Assembly (NCBI GenBank): GCA_951406725.2
Contig: OX597837.1
Location: 18,848,001-18,912,000 of the forward strand
Source of the DNA: Octopus vulgaris
Taxonomy: Eukaryota
Direction of reading: 5' to 3'
DNA length: 64,000 nt
Made by a program: the position numbers and the translations under genes. Below, piece by piece: positions 1-11,020 of this stretch (positions within the stretch are counted from its first letter, which is position 1; each line of letters opens with the position of its first letter). The notes below the pieces were generated by a model. The model had not been told where the DNA came from, made no database searches, and was given only the letters and a program-made list of their open reading frames with translations.

Positions 1-261
1 TACTTGGAAAGAAACAACACAGTCGTTAATAAAAAGGGTTGAAATTAATGCATGCAAGATTTCACAGCTCTAGCATCACTCCTTCATAGCCAGCCTATGA
101 AATTCTCAGCCCACCCTCAAATGTGTCAAACTGACTGAATTATCCAGTTCTGTTTATAGTTCTGTTTCTGTGCTCTGCATTCAGTTCCACTAAGCTTAAC
201 TTTGCCTTCCATCCTTTTGGAGTTTATAAATAATTCTAATGGAAAGCAGTAGATTTGTAGA

Positions 262-716
262 ATTCTTAGAGTATCTTGGGGTATGTGTTTCAGCTCTGTG
301 TGTTTTGAGTTCAGCTTCAACCTCTCTGACACAATTAATGACCGGCTTAGGAACTCCTTTAAACAAGTAGCCAAATATTTTCTGCAGATCAGTCTTAATG
401 TCAGCATACCAGTTGACAGGAGAGAATAAAAGATGATTTCGAAGTCCCATACGCTCAACAAATGATGTGTGTGTGTGTGTGTTTGTGTTTGTCTTTTACT
501 GATGTATGTCTGTAGAAGACAATCAGAACAGACCAGCTAAAGCATAATATCAGTATAAATATTCAAACATTTTCTATTGCTAAAAGTGAGGTTAATAATC
601 AGAAAAATTATTATTTTATTATTTTAGAAGTATGTCAGTCCTCATGTTGGAACATTTTATCTTGTTCCTGTGTAATAAGGGGTTTCCTGAATAAGACTGC
701 TTCTAAAGAATTCATT
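262..716 (+). repeat. ~455-bp intronic direct duplication, copy 1
   Basis: Near-identical to 3718-4196, from attcttagagtatcttgggg to ttctaaagaattcatt; differs mainly in the (TG)n tract. Confidence 0.95.
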
Positions 717-748
717 ATGATTCTTATATATTCTTTCTAAATTCACAG

Positions 749-1026
749 GCTGGTGCTTTAAATCACAGTTTTACAGAATCTACAAGCTGTCAGAAGCCAG
801 CAGCTGCTCGTGACAAAGACAATCCTTGGAGCCTAATTTTGTCACCTGTGAAAGTTCCTGACAAAAGTCAAACAGGCTCTACTCGAACAGGCTCTACTCG
901 AACAGGCTCTACTCGAACAGGCTCTACTCGAACTCCTCCACAACCTCTACCACATCCACCACCACAAACTGTGATAAGTCTGACCAACATCATGGCAGAA
1001 CAACAAAGTCAATTGCCACAGCAAAA
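749..1026 (+). CDS. IBTK: IBTK-like gene, internal coding exon A (upstream exons lie outside the window)
   Basis: Acceptor ttctaaattcacag|GC at 747-748 and donor AAAA|gtaatt at 1027. Open frame AGALNHSFTE...DNPWSLILSPVKV...(TGSTR)4...ISLTNIMAEQQSQLPQQK ends in phase 2, compatible with the next exon. Confidence 0.75.
871..930 (+). repeat. Coding 15-bp tandem repeat (AACAGGCTCTACTCG)x4 encoding (TGSTR)4
   Basis: Four exact copies visible within IBTK exon A. Confidence 0.95.
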
Positions 1027-1847
1027 GTAATTACAATCTTTTACATCACATTATTTTTTAAGGATGAGTGTTTGTTTGTTTGTTTGTGAGATGGGGTTGT
1101 TTGTTTTGCTTTTTTCGTTTAGTCTGAAGTCTAAGTGAGTATCTTTGCATTATTGGCTAAAGAATCACATTTGGATAGAGTAAACAAATGGGTGTGATGA
1201 ATATCTCTGATATATTGGTCAAGGTATCACTTCTAGAATATTGGTTTAATAGGAAGAATTAGTGCTTATGGTTTATTACTCAGGGCATCACATCAGGCAT
1301 ATTCAATAAGCAGGAGCATCTATGGTGCAATTAATCAATTAGAATATCACTTGGAATGTTTGACTAATTATGGTTTCTTCGTGACAATAGTACACTTGGA
1401 ATATTAATAAAATGAGAACATCTATAACTTACTAATCAATCAGAGATTTCAATTTCAGATTTTGAATATTTGCTATATTAGAGTGGGAGTATCTGTGGAT
1501 GAAGAGCCCTAACATTTTGGTTAAGGCCCCTCTTTAGATAATAATAAGATTCCAGAATAACCTCTTCTCAAGGTACACAAAGCTTGGAGATGTATTCTTT
1601 TATTCTTTTCCTTGTTTCAATCATTTGACTGTGACCATGCTAGAGCACTGCCTTGAAGGGTTTTAGTTTAACAAATCAACTCCAAGATTTATTTCTTAAG
1701 CCTAGTACTTATTCTATCGGTCTCCTTTGCTGATATGCTAAGTTACAGGGATGTAAACACACCAACACTGATTGTCAAGTGGTGATGAGGGAGAAACACA
1801 GGCATAAAGACACATGTACACAAATATATATATATATATATATATAT

Positions 1848-2137
1848 GAAATTAGAAAAAAACCCACCTTTTATCAATTCAAAATAAACAATTAAATTAC
1901 ACCATCTAGAAACCAAAGTGATTTCTCTACTCCTATAATCATTTCTTAAATATAGCCGTGAAACACGTGTCGTTTTTCTACCTATTATATACATTTTTAT
2001 TATTGTTTTTGCAATTTACTTAATCTTTATATTTTATTGTTATTTTAATTTTAACTTTTCTATTATATGTAATTTTCTAGATGGTGTAATTTAATTGTTC
2101 ATTTTGAATTGATAAAAGGTGTTTTTTTTCTAATTTT
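1848..2137. repeat. Inverted-repeat (foldback) element inside (TA)n
   Basis: Arms 1848-1911 and 2074-2137 are reverse complements (aattaaattacaccatctagaaa / tttctagatggtgtaatttaatt). The interior contains GAAAC-ACGT-GTC near 1960. Confidence 0.85.
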
Positions 2138-2280
2138 TTATATATATATTATATTGTGTGAAATTTGATTTAGTATTTCTAAATTGAATTTTTTTTCCTT
2201 CTAAGTTTAAATTTTATTCCCTCAAATAATAATTATATATATATATATATCCGTGTTTGTATGATTGTGTATAGGATAAT

Positions 2281-2605
2281 ATATTAATCAATGAAATTCT
2301 AACTTAGTCTGATTTTCACAATTTATTATTTTCAATTTTTACAATTTTACAATATTGAAATAAACTAGTACTTTCATGCATTACACAATCATCAGGTTTA
2401 TGAAGTGACAGTCGTGTTCCACAATTGACAACTGTACACAACAATTGACACAGTTGTCAATTGTGGAACACGACCGTCACTACATAAACCTGATGATTGT
2501 GTAATGCATGAAAGTACTAGTTTATTTCAATATTGTAAAATTGTAAATATTGCAAAATAATAAAACATGAAAATCAGACTAAGTTAGAATTTCATTGATT
2601 AATAT
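2281..2605. repeat. ~325-bp palindrome with ~155-bp arms
   Basis: atattaatcaatgaaattctaacttagtctgattttca... mirrors ...tgaaaatcagactaagttagaatttcattgattaatat, with a short spacer at ~2436-2449. Confidence 0.95.
2484..2525 (+). ncRNA. Candidate minimal type-I hammerhead ribozyme motif (mirror copy on - strand at 2360-2401)
   Basis: ATAAAC-CTGATGA-TTGTGTAATGCAT-GAAA-GTAC-TA-GTTTAT: perfect 6-bp stem I, canonical core boxes, palindromic GTAC loop III and UA cleavage site. Stem II is weak and closes with U-U. Confidence 0.55.
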
Positions 2606-2621
2606 GTGTGTGTGTGTGTGT

Positions 2622-2995
2622 GTGTGTGGTAAGTAGCTTGCTTACCAACCACATGGTTCCGGGTTCATTTCCACTGCATGGCACCTTGGGCAAGTGTCTT
2701 CTACTGTACCCTTGGGCTGACAAAAGCCTTGTGAGTGGATTTGGTTGATGGAAACTGAAAGAAGCCCATCGTATATATGTATGTGTGTGTAAATGTTTGT
2801 GTGTCTTTGTTTGTCCCCCAACATCGCTTGACAACTGATGGTAGTGTGTTTACATCCTGTAACTTAGTGGTTTGGCAAAAGAGACTGATGGAATAAGTAC
2901 TAGGCTTCCAAAGAATAAGTCCTGGGGTCGATTTGCTCGACTAAAGGTGGTGCTCCAGCATGGCCACAGTCAAATGACTGAAACAAGTAAAAGAG

Positions 2996-2996
<1 letters not shown>
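2622..2996 (+). mobile_element. tRNA-derived SINE family A, well-preserved copy
   Basis: A/B-box-like head (tgtggtaagtagc...ggttccgggttca), ggcaccttgggcaagt core, central (TA/TG)n, tail ...gactgaaacaagtaaaagag. Other copies or halves at ~5516-5912, 7905-8330, 14618-14930, 15745-16085, 32100-33356, 35405-35800, 38540-38873, 59528-59920 and elsewhere. Confidence 0.85.
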
Positions 2997-3023
<27 letters not shown>

Positions 3024-3026
<3 letters not shown>

Positions 3027-3195
3027 CACCCACTACACTCTCGGAGTGGTTGGCGTTTGGAAGGGCATCCAGCTGTAGAAACTCTGCCAAATCAAGATTG
3101 GAGCCTGGTGCAGCCATTTGGTTCACCAGCCCTCAGTCAAAATCGTCCAACCCATGCTAGCATGGAAAGCAGACGTTAAATGATGATGATGATTA
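3024..3195 (+). mobile_element. RTE LINE 3' tail fragment ending in (ATG)n
   Basis: aaagcacccactacactc...agggcatccagctgtagaaac...catgctagcatggaaagc...gatgatgat is the reverse complement of the 3' end of the RTE at 54741-54910. Confidence 0.8.
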
Positions 3196-3557
3196 TGATA
3201 TATATATGCGATGGGTTTCTTTCAGTTTTCGTCTAACAGATCCACTCAGAAGGCTTTAGTCAGCCTGAGACTATAATAGAAGACACTTGCCTCAGGCGAA
3301 ACCGGAACCACACGGTTGGGAAGCAAGCTTCTTACCACACAGCCATGTCCATATATATTTTTTACAAAGTGAAATAGGAAGTCCTGATGCTGATGTTGCT
3401 ATTAAAGGCATAAATGATGAAAAAGAAATAAAAACTTAGATACAATAATACTTTGGCAAGTCTTGGTATTGATTTGAGTATTGTTTGCATATACTAGCTT
3501 CATTTTTCTCTCGTCTGTGCATGTTGATAATGTTTGATATTGCTTCATTATTTTTAG

Positions 3558-3632
3558 GGAGGTAAAGAGTCGGTGCCAGAATCTAAAAGCAGCAAAGTCT
3601 GGGAGCCATGAAAATAATAAAAATACTTTCAG
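3558..3632 (+). CDS. IBTK: IBTK-like gene, coding exon B
   Basis: Acceptor tattttttag|G and donor AG|gtaaga. 75 nt, phase 2 to 2, encodes (K)EVKSRCQNLKAAKSGSHENNKNTF(S) in frame with exons A and C. Confidence 0.75.
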
Positions 3633-3717
3633 GTAAGAATTTCAGATTTTAGTGCTGGAATTATGTATATAAATCATATAAATATGTGAACTGACTCCAA
3701 ACTGTCTATGATGTTTG

Positions 3718-4196
3718 ATTCTTAGAGTATCTTGGGGTATGTGTTTCAGCTCTGTGTGTTTTGAGTTCAGTTTCAACCTCTCTGACACAATTAATGACCA
3801 GCTTAGGAACTCCTTTAAGCAAGTAGCCAAATATTTTCTACAGATCAGTCTTAATGTCAGCATACCAGTTGACAGGAGAGAATAAAAGATGATTTCCAAG
3901 TCCCATACGCTCAACAAATGATGTGTGTATGCGTGTATGCGTGTGTGTGTGTGTGCGTGTGTTTGTGTTTGTCTTTTACTGATGTATGTCTCTAGAAGAC
4001 AATCAGAACAGACCAGTTAAAGCATAATATCAGTATAAATATTCAAACATTTTCTATTGCTAAAAGTGAGGTTAATAATCAGAAAAATTATTATTTTATT
4101 ATTTTAGAAGTATGTCAGTCCTAATGTTGGAACATTTTATCTTGTTCCTGTGTAATAAAGGGTTTCCTGAATAAGACTGCTTCTAAAGAATTCATT
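3718..4196 (+). repeat. Intronic direct duplication, copy 2
   Basis: Near-identical to 262-716. The duplication explains the twin spurious ORFs 126-461 and 3642-3917. Confidence 0.95.
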
Positions 4197-5117
4197 GGAC
4201 TAATAGATTAATGTATGACAGCTCATATAAACATGTTGCATTTCTGATATATAAATTTAGAATGACACAGTATAGCTGATATATCATATAAGCATGTGTG
4301 GTAAGGCAGTGTTGTGTAGCATATATCATAAAAACTTGTGAACTGACATATAAACATGTTGGCTGATTTACAGAACAGTGTTTATGTCACCAGACACAAA
4401 AGTAATGGAACTCTATCTAAAGTGTTTGCTTCTTAACTTCCTGGTTTAAAGAAAGTCTGTATCATAGAACAAATCTGTTCCATGACACAAACTTCCATCG
4501 AAATTTCATGTTAATTTATGTTGCAAACACCTGATTAATAATGTCAGTTATTTTAGTTAATTATTCAATATTTTAAAAAGTATTTTACAAAGGCAGTATA
4601 TTTCAACAGAAGGATTAAGTTTAAAAATAAAAGTTTCTATTGATTCCAATCCACTACTGTATATTAGGACATCTCTAAATCTCTGACTACTCAAAGGATC
4701 CTTAAGCTTCCAAATCCTTCTTTTCCAGACTGCTCTACTTGGAATCCTTTTAGCCTTCAGTCTGAAGTCACTATTGACTAACCTTCACTAGGGAAGGTCT
4801 GCGCATTTATGAGCAACCATGCATCTCACTTTCTGGTGAGAATGTGGTCAATCTGGCTAATATGGACACCAGATTGATAGGTTATCAGGTGACTGGCAGG
4901 CTTTCCGAAGCTGGTGTTGCAGATCATAAGGGTTTTATTTTGCATCACAGAGCTCCAGAAGCCTCGTTCCCTCCTCATTGCTGGAACTAACTCCATGGCC
5001 ACCATTCACACTGTCGAAGGCACCCAAGTGCTACTCACCATGTCCATTGAAGTCACCAATCATGTATACACACACACACCACATATTTACTTATGTATAT
5101 TTATATCTTTATTGTAG

Positions 5118-5346
5118 TTGGGGCTTAACAAGTTGTAGAAAACAGAAACTTTCAGAGGGATCTAGCTCAATGGAAGCTACATCTCCCACCAGCCCTCCTC
5201 CTCCTCCAGTAATTAGTCCCTGGCAGATAAAGAAGGCTCAAGTCAAATCCGATGCTAATCTTCAACTGGCTGACATTGTGAAAGATGAGATAGAGAAATC
5301 ACAGAACCTTTCCAGAACCCGTAATAAAACCCTCCATTACATTCAG
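5118..5346 (+). CDS. IBTK: IBTK-like gene, coding exon C
   Basis: Acceptor ctttattgtag|T and donor CAG|gtaaat. Encodes SWGL...SPTSPPPPPVISPW...LADIVKDEIEKSQNLSRTRNKTLHYIQ, matching the recalled IBTK C-terminal motif (human FASIVEEELQQEAALIRSREKPLALIQ). Confidence 0.85.
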
Positions 5347-5515
5347 GTAAATATTTCTGTTACCTTTCATTTATTAATTTGGCCAAAGTCAGTTTCAAGT
5401 CTAAAGAATTGGTACAGCCATATTTGTAAAACAAAGACGTGTTTGTGTGCCATGAAGCACAATGAACAAGGTTTCTTCATATTTTTAGAAGTTGCTGCAA
5501 ACAAAAGCTTGTGTT

Positions 5516-5710
5516 TTATCTTTTACTTGTTTCAGTCATTAGACTGTAGTCATGCTGGAACACCACCATGGAGAATTTTAGTTGTACAAATTGATCTTAG
5601 TATGTATTTTTATAAGCCTCCTACTTATTCTATCACTCTCTAAGTTACAGGGACATAAACAAACCAACACTGATTGTCAAGCAGTGATTGGGGATAAACA
5701 AAAACACAAA

Positions 5711-5754
<44 letters not shown>

Positions 5755-5912
5755 TACACACAATAGGCTTCTTTCTGTTTCTGTCTATCAAATCCACTCA
5801 CAGGTCTTTGGTTGGCCCAAGCTATAGAGAAGACACTTTCCCAAGGTACCATGCAGGGAAACTGAACCTGGAACCATGTGCTTGAGAAACAAACTTCTTA
5901 CCACACAGCTAC
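5516..5912 (-). mobile_element. SINE family A copy with central (CA)n
   Basis: Reverse complement of the 2622-2996 architecture. Confidence 0.8.
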
Positions 5913-8407
5913 ATGTAAATTATTCGATGAATGTTGACGGGCACTGAAACATCATCATCATTTAATGTCTGCTTTTCCATTCTTGCCTGGGAGTAAGACA
6001 GAATTTGTTGAGGCAGATTTTCTACAACCAGATGCCCTTCTTGTTGCTAACCTTCACCTGTTTCCAAGTAAGGTAATATTTCCCTTTGGCCAAACATGTT
6101 TTCTATGGAAGATTAGAAATGAACAATGTCAATTGTGTGACAGTGACTGATCATTTATAACTATCACATGATGTCATGACATGGGTACACACAAATAGAA
6201 ACACATGCACAATGTATGTGTGTATATATATAAGAGGGAACAGTGAAGATGTTCTGTGAAGAAAGGAGAATTTTATTGAAAGACTAAATCAAATAAAAAC
6301 CTGATGAGCAATGTTCCTTCTCATTTTTAGTAGTTGATGCACACAAAATCATATGTGGCCTCTGACAAATATGCAAATGCATGTAAACCCTCAATGTAAT
6401 TGTTTCAAGAGAATTCTCATTTCTTCAAAGAAAGGTCATTCTTCAGACATTATAACTCAGTATTCTTCATGGCAGAAAAGCCCAGCTTATTTTTCAAATT
6501 TTATCAGCTTTTATCAACACAGTGAAAATAATGATTTATTTTATCAGTTGGCAGATATAAGCACCATTCAGCAAACTGTTTATTTGTTAAAATTATAAGC
6601 AAAGGCCAATGGCTTGTTTAGGCTCAAAGGCCTGGGTGTGTCTGTCTGGTGAGACATGATATGCTGAAACAACTGTGTTCCAGAATCCTTTGCACCAAGA
6701 AACGGAGCTTGTTACAAACACACTGTCATCTTAAGAAGGAGAACTTTATCTCCTGTGACATACACAACAATCAGTTGTATATTTTGCACTTGAATCTGCT
6801 TGGACATATTAAGAATAAATATGCAATTATTATTTTTTTTAATAATGTTTTTTACTTTTATGTTTTCCTTTCATGTCTACGCAGGCCATTGCTATTTTCC
6901 TGGGACTTTTTTTTCTTTCAGTTTTACTGAAATTGGTAACTCTTGATACCAACTCAGTTGCAACTGCCTCTGGTCCTTATTTAAAAATATTCGTATTCAA
7001 ATTAAATCTTCATATAGTTTTATGTAAGAATTTTTTACTTGGTTCCAAACATAGAAGTTAATTTTACTAAACTAATCCAAATTCATTCCCCAAATTACCT
7101 GAAAAAGACAGTCCAATCCATGCCAGCATTGAAAATGGACATTGAATGGAGATGAAGAGGAGAAAGAGAATGATGATGGTGGTGGTGGTGGTGGTGGTGG
7201 TGGTGGCAGCACCTTCTTTCATTTTCCATCAACCAAAGCCACTCACAAGTCTTTGGTCAACTCAAGGTTACAATAGAAGACACTTGCTCAGGGTGCCATG
7301 CAGTGGAACTGAACGCAAGCAAACTTCTCAACCACACATCCATATCTGCGCCAAGGATGCTTTATACTGAATGTATAATTATTAATCAATAATATATAAT
7401 TATTAATTAATTCAGTGTAATAAATATTATTAACTTAGCAATTATAAAAAAAAAAAACCTTTTATGTATACATTAGTTTCTATGATTAAAGCATGTGTTA
7501 GCATACAGATGCACCCTGCATAGAAGAGGGTGCAGTGGAGATGAGTGTTGACATTTCAGGCATAGCTGTTCTGGAAAGAAATGTAAATTATATTGGAATG
7601 CTGTAGATCAAATAAAACGTGTCCGCGTGCAATGAAGCAAGATAAACAATGTTCCTTCTGATTTTTACTAGTTGGTGCTCACAAAACCTTATCTCAGCAG
7701 TTCTGTAAAATTAAAGGTAATGAGTGCTGCCCTTGCTGACCCAGTGGTAAAAATGAATTTAAATTCCCTAAAACCCTTCTGAATTTTTATAGATTTCGAT
7801 TTTGGAGTTATTCCCCCTGTCTTCGACCACACTCAATCTCTAATGCTATCAAGGTCCTTTTTTCTTCATACTTTTGTTTTCTTACTTGTTTCCATTGTTT
7901 TTTTAATTGTTTCAGTCATTGCACTGCAGCCATGCTGGGGCACCACCTTGCAGGGTTTAGTTGAACAATTCTACTCCAGCACTTAATTTTTTTTAAGTCT
8001 GATATTTATTCTATCAGTCATTTTGCTGAACTACGAAGTTACTGAGACATAAACCAACACTGGTTGTCAACACAAACACAAAGACAGACACACAAGCACA
8101 CGTACATATGTGTATGTATGTATATATATATATATATATATACACACACATACAAACATACATACATACATAAGGCTTTAGCACAGTTTCCATTCTTCAA
8201 ATTCACTTTCAAAAGTATTGGTCTACCTGGTGCCATAGTAGAAGACACTTGCCCAAGGTGCCATGCAGTGGTACTGAACCTGATACCACATGAATACAAA
8301 TTGATCTTCTTAACCACAGCCATGCCTGCACCTAAAGTACAACATCCTTTCAATTCTTCACAACCATTAAAATGAAGTATATGTTTATTTTGAGAAACAT
8401 TTAAATA

Positions 8408-8446
<39 letters not shown>

Positions 8447-8979
8447 ATAAATTAAATAGAGAGATACTATTGACAATCCAATAATTTATTTATATTATAA
8501 TATTACATGACATACTATGAATATAATATAGCATAATATTATATAAATTAACAGTTATTTAAAAAAAACTATAAAAGGCCAACAAATTTTTTCAACTTAT
8601 ATACATTTTCTGATATACATACATAATAACAGTTCCCTTATATATAACGTCACTTCAGGGTCATGGTTTAAAGATAGACCAAATTCCGTGTGAAAGAACG
8701 GTTGATTGTAAAAATTAATTCAAATGTCCTCTGTATTACGAGCGAGAGCGTTAACTATTCAATCATACATCAATTACAATTTAAAAAACAACAAAAACAG
8801 TCCAACGGATGATAGAACCAAGCAAGTGCAATCCACAACCATCGAAATTCACTTCATTACATCTCAAATACATACCAGTCGAAACCCTTTCATGTCCAAG
8901 ATAGTCTCTTGTATTGAAAATGTAATTGTTTCTATATTTTTGTTGCTGTTATACATTGGGGAAGACTTAGATACTTAAT

Positions 8980-9018
<39 letters not shown>

Positions 9019-9327
9019 CTATCTTATTGTTGTATGTTGTGGTGACAAGAGACTATGTTGGACATGATGCATTGCTTCAAATGAAGAATACTTTGAAGGC
9101 AATAAAAGTGTAAACATGTAAAGCTAAGTGAATAAAATAATATTGCAAACTTCCGGTTTCTTTTCGGTAACCCCTCATGTGTGTATAAATATATATATAT
9201 ATATAAGATAAACTGACTTGGAAATAGATGTGTGGCATTCAATCATATAATAATATAAATAATATATATAATATATATATACGGCGGTGCATCAGCATGG
9301 CCGCAGCTCTGAGCTGAAACTAGCAAA

Positions 9328-9360
<33 letters not shown>

Positions 9361-9777
9361 TGGTTCGTGGGAGCAACTGCCTTTCAAAGCCTCATATTGT
9401 CATTAAATGCTCGAAAGGAGGAGTAGATGGACAGCTGACAACTGATGAAGGGTCGTTCTTTATGTCACTTGTCTTGTTTTCCATTTGTTTCTCTCAGTGT
9501 TCGCATACCCAACTTTGTCTTCACATTTCATGTTGTTTACATTTTGTGACGTCCTGTACCCACTTATATATGGGTGGGGATTGGCAAAATCAGTTGGTCG
9601 TTGGACAAAATACTTTGGGGTATTTAGTTGTGTTTCTTTCTATTCTTATTTTGAATCCTACCAAGGTGGCCAGCAAGAAATGGTGGTTGGTTCTAATAAC
9701 AGACTGTATCTATTCTTCTAAAATGTGAGTGTGTATATGCAGAAAATTAATATATGTTGGATTTGTCTATTTTGCAG

Positions 9778-9948
9778 ATTGAAGAGAAAGCAATAACAGA
9801 CCTCATGGCATACTACTTAGACCAGGTATCTTTTGACGAAACCATCAGTGTCGAGAGGGAATATGTCCATATAGAACAGCCATCGTGGAATGTAAACCGC
9901 AAACTCCGATACAATGAGACTCTTCTTTCCTCCCTTCCTCACTCGTAG
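9778..9948 (+). CDS. IBTK: IBTK-like gene, terminal coding exon D
   Basis: Acceptor tctattttgcag|ATT, phase 0. IEEKAITDLMAYYLDQVSFDETISVERE...PSWN...TAG resembles the human IBTK end IEEHAIQDLLVFYEAFGNPEEFVIVER...PMWN. Confidence 0.85.
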   Translation: MEEKAITDLMAYYLDQVSFDETISVEREYVHIEQPSWNVNRKLRYNETLLSSLPHS

Positions 9949-10467
9949 CTATTAGCTGTGAGAAATATAAACTACATATGTGTGTGTTTATGTATGTGTA
10001 TTGACAAACCATGTGTGTAATGACAAAATAAGACAACCTCAATATTGTTGGTAATTGAAGACTAAATTTCTTAAATGACACAAGTAAGCATTCTACATCT
10101 GTGTCATTTTACATATATGATGTTATATTAGCTATAATCAACACTAATCCTTCATGACAAAGTATAGTAGTGATATCAACTTCAAAATGAACCTGGATCA
10201 AGTAAAGTGTATAAAAGTGCAACATATGCTTTTCATTTTTACTTATCTGAGATGAGTTGTTGCCTTTAAATTAGCTAAAGGCTTGGCAAAACTGTTAATG
10301 ACTGTATATATATATTTTTATTTGTGTATGTATGTGTAAATAAGACAACTTCAATATTGTTGGTAATTGAAAACTAAATTTATTAAATATATTTATATAT
10401 ATATATGTGTAAATACACCAAATCCAAAAACGAAATGCATATATGTATTTATGTATATATGTGTATA

Positions 10468-10618
10468 TATGAGATTAAATAAATGACAAGAGAACAGGAA
10501 TTATGTAATCATCTTCGTTAATTTACAACTGTTTCTGCTGTAAGAGTGCCCTGCATTTTATAGCAGAAACAACTGTAAGCTGATGAAGCCGTTCTTTTGT
10601 CATTTATTCAATTTCATA
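10468..10618. repeat. Imperfect hairpin element downstream of the IBTK stop
   Basis: Outer arms tatgagattaaataaatgacaagagaac / gttcttttgtcatttattcaatttcata; inner arms ttacaactgtttctgctgtaa / ttatagcagaaacaactgtaa. Confidence 0.75.
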
Positions 10619-10740
10619 TTACACACTGGACTTGCATTGCACTTTATTCTGAAGCATATGTATATTGAGTTCTAACACTAGATTATTAATATTGCTATGC
10701 CTAAGTGAAACCTTAAAGCATATATATATATATATATATA

Positions 10741-11020
10741 TCACCGTGACTGACCAGGCTATCACAATGCACTTCGCATTGTTTTAGCCTTCAAATGATG
10801 CCACCCCACTGGTTAAGCGAGCAGGCCAACAGAAGAAAGAGTGAGAGAAAGTTGTAGTGAAAGAGTACAGCAGGGATTGCCACCCACACCCCTGCTGGAG
10901 CCTAGTAAAGCTTTAGGTGTTTTCGCTCAATAAACACTCACAACGCTCGGTCTGGGAATCGAAACTGCGATCCTACGGCCGTGGGTCTGCTGCCCTAACC
11001 ACTGGGCCATTGTGCTTCCA
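10741..11020 (-). mobile_element. tRNA-derived SINE (family C)
   Basis: Minus-strand head tggaagcacaatggcccagtggttagggcagc...gcagtttcgattcccagac with A/B boxes, flanked by (TA)n. Part of it recurs at ~44484-44540. Confidence 0.7.

Larger units (their letters stand above)
1597..3348 (-). mobile_element. tRNA-derived SINE (family A) split by nested insertions in its central microsatellite
   Basis: 3' half at ~1597-1822 (ttcttttc.ttgtttcaatcatttgactg...) and 5' half at ~3208-3348 (ttctttcagttt...cttaccacacagcca). Both halves match the reverse complement of the intact copy at 2622-2996. Confidence 0.75.

Noticed and set aside
126-461. Duplicated 111-aa and 91-aa ORFs (also 3642-3917) as a gene pair
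   Set aside because: Non-ATG starts, antisense within introns, no recognisable motif; the similarity comes from the DNA duplication.
4978-5643. 221-aa ORF as a standalone gene
   Set aside because: Only 5118-5346 is exonic (IBTK); the flanks read through intron, microsatellite and SINE sequence.
10940-11020. tRNA genes here and at other SINE heads
   Set aside because: A/B boxes are present but no full cloverleaf, and each continues into a repeated SINE body.
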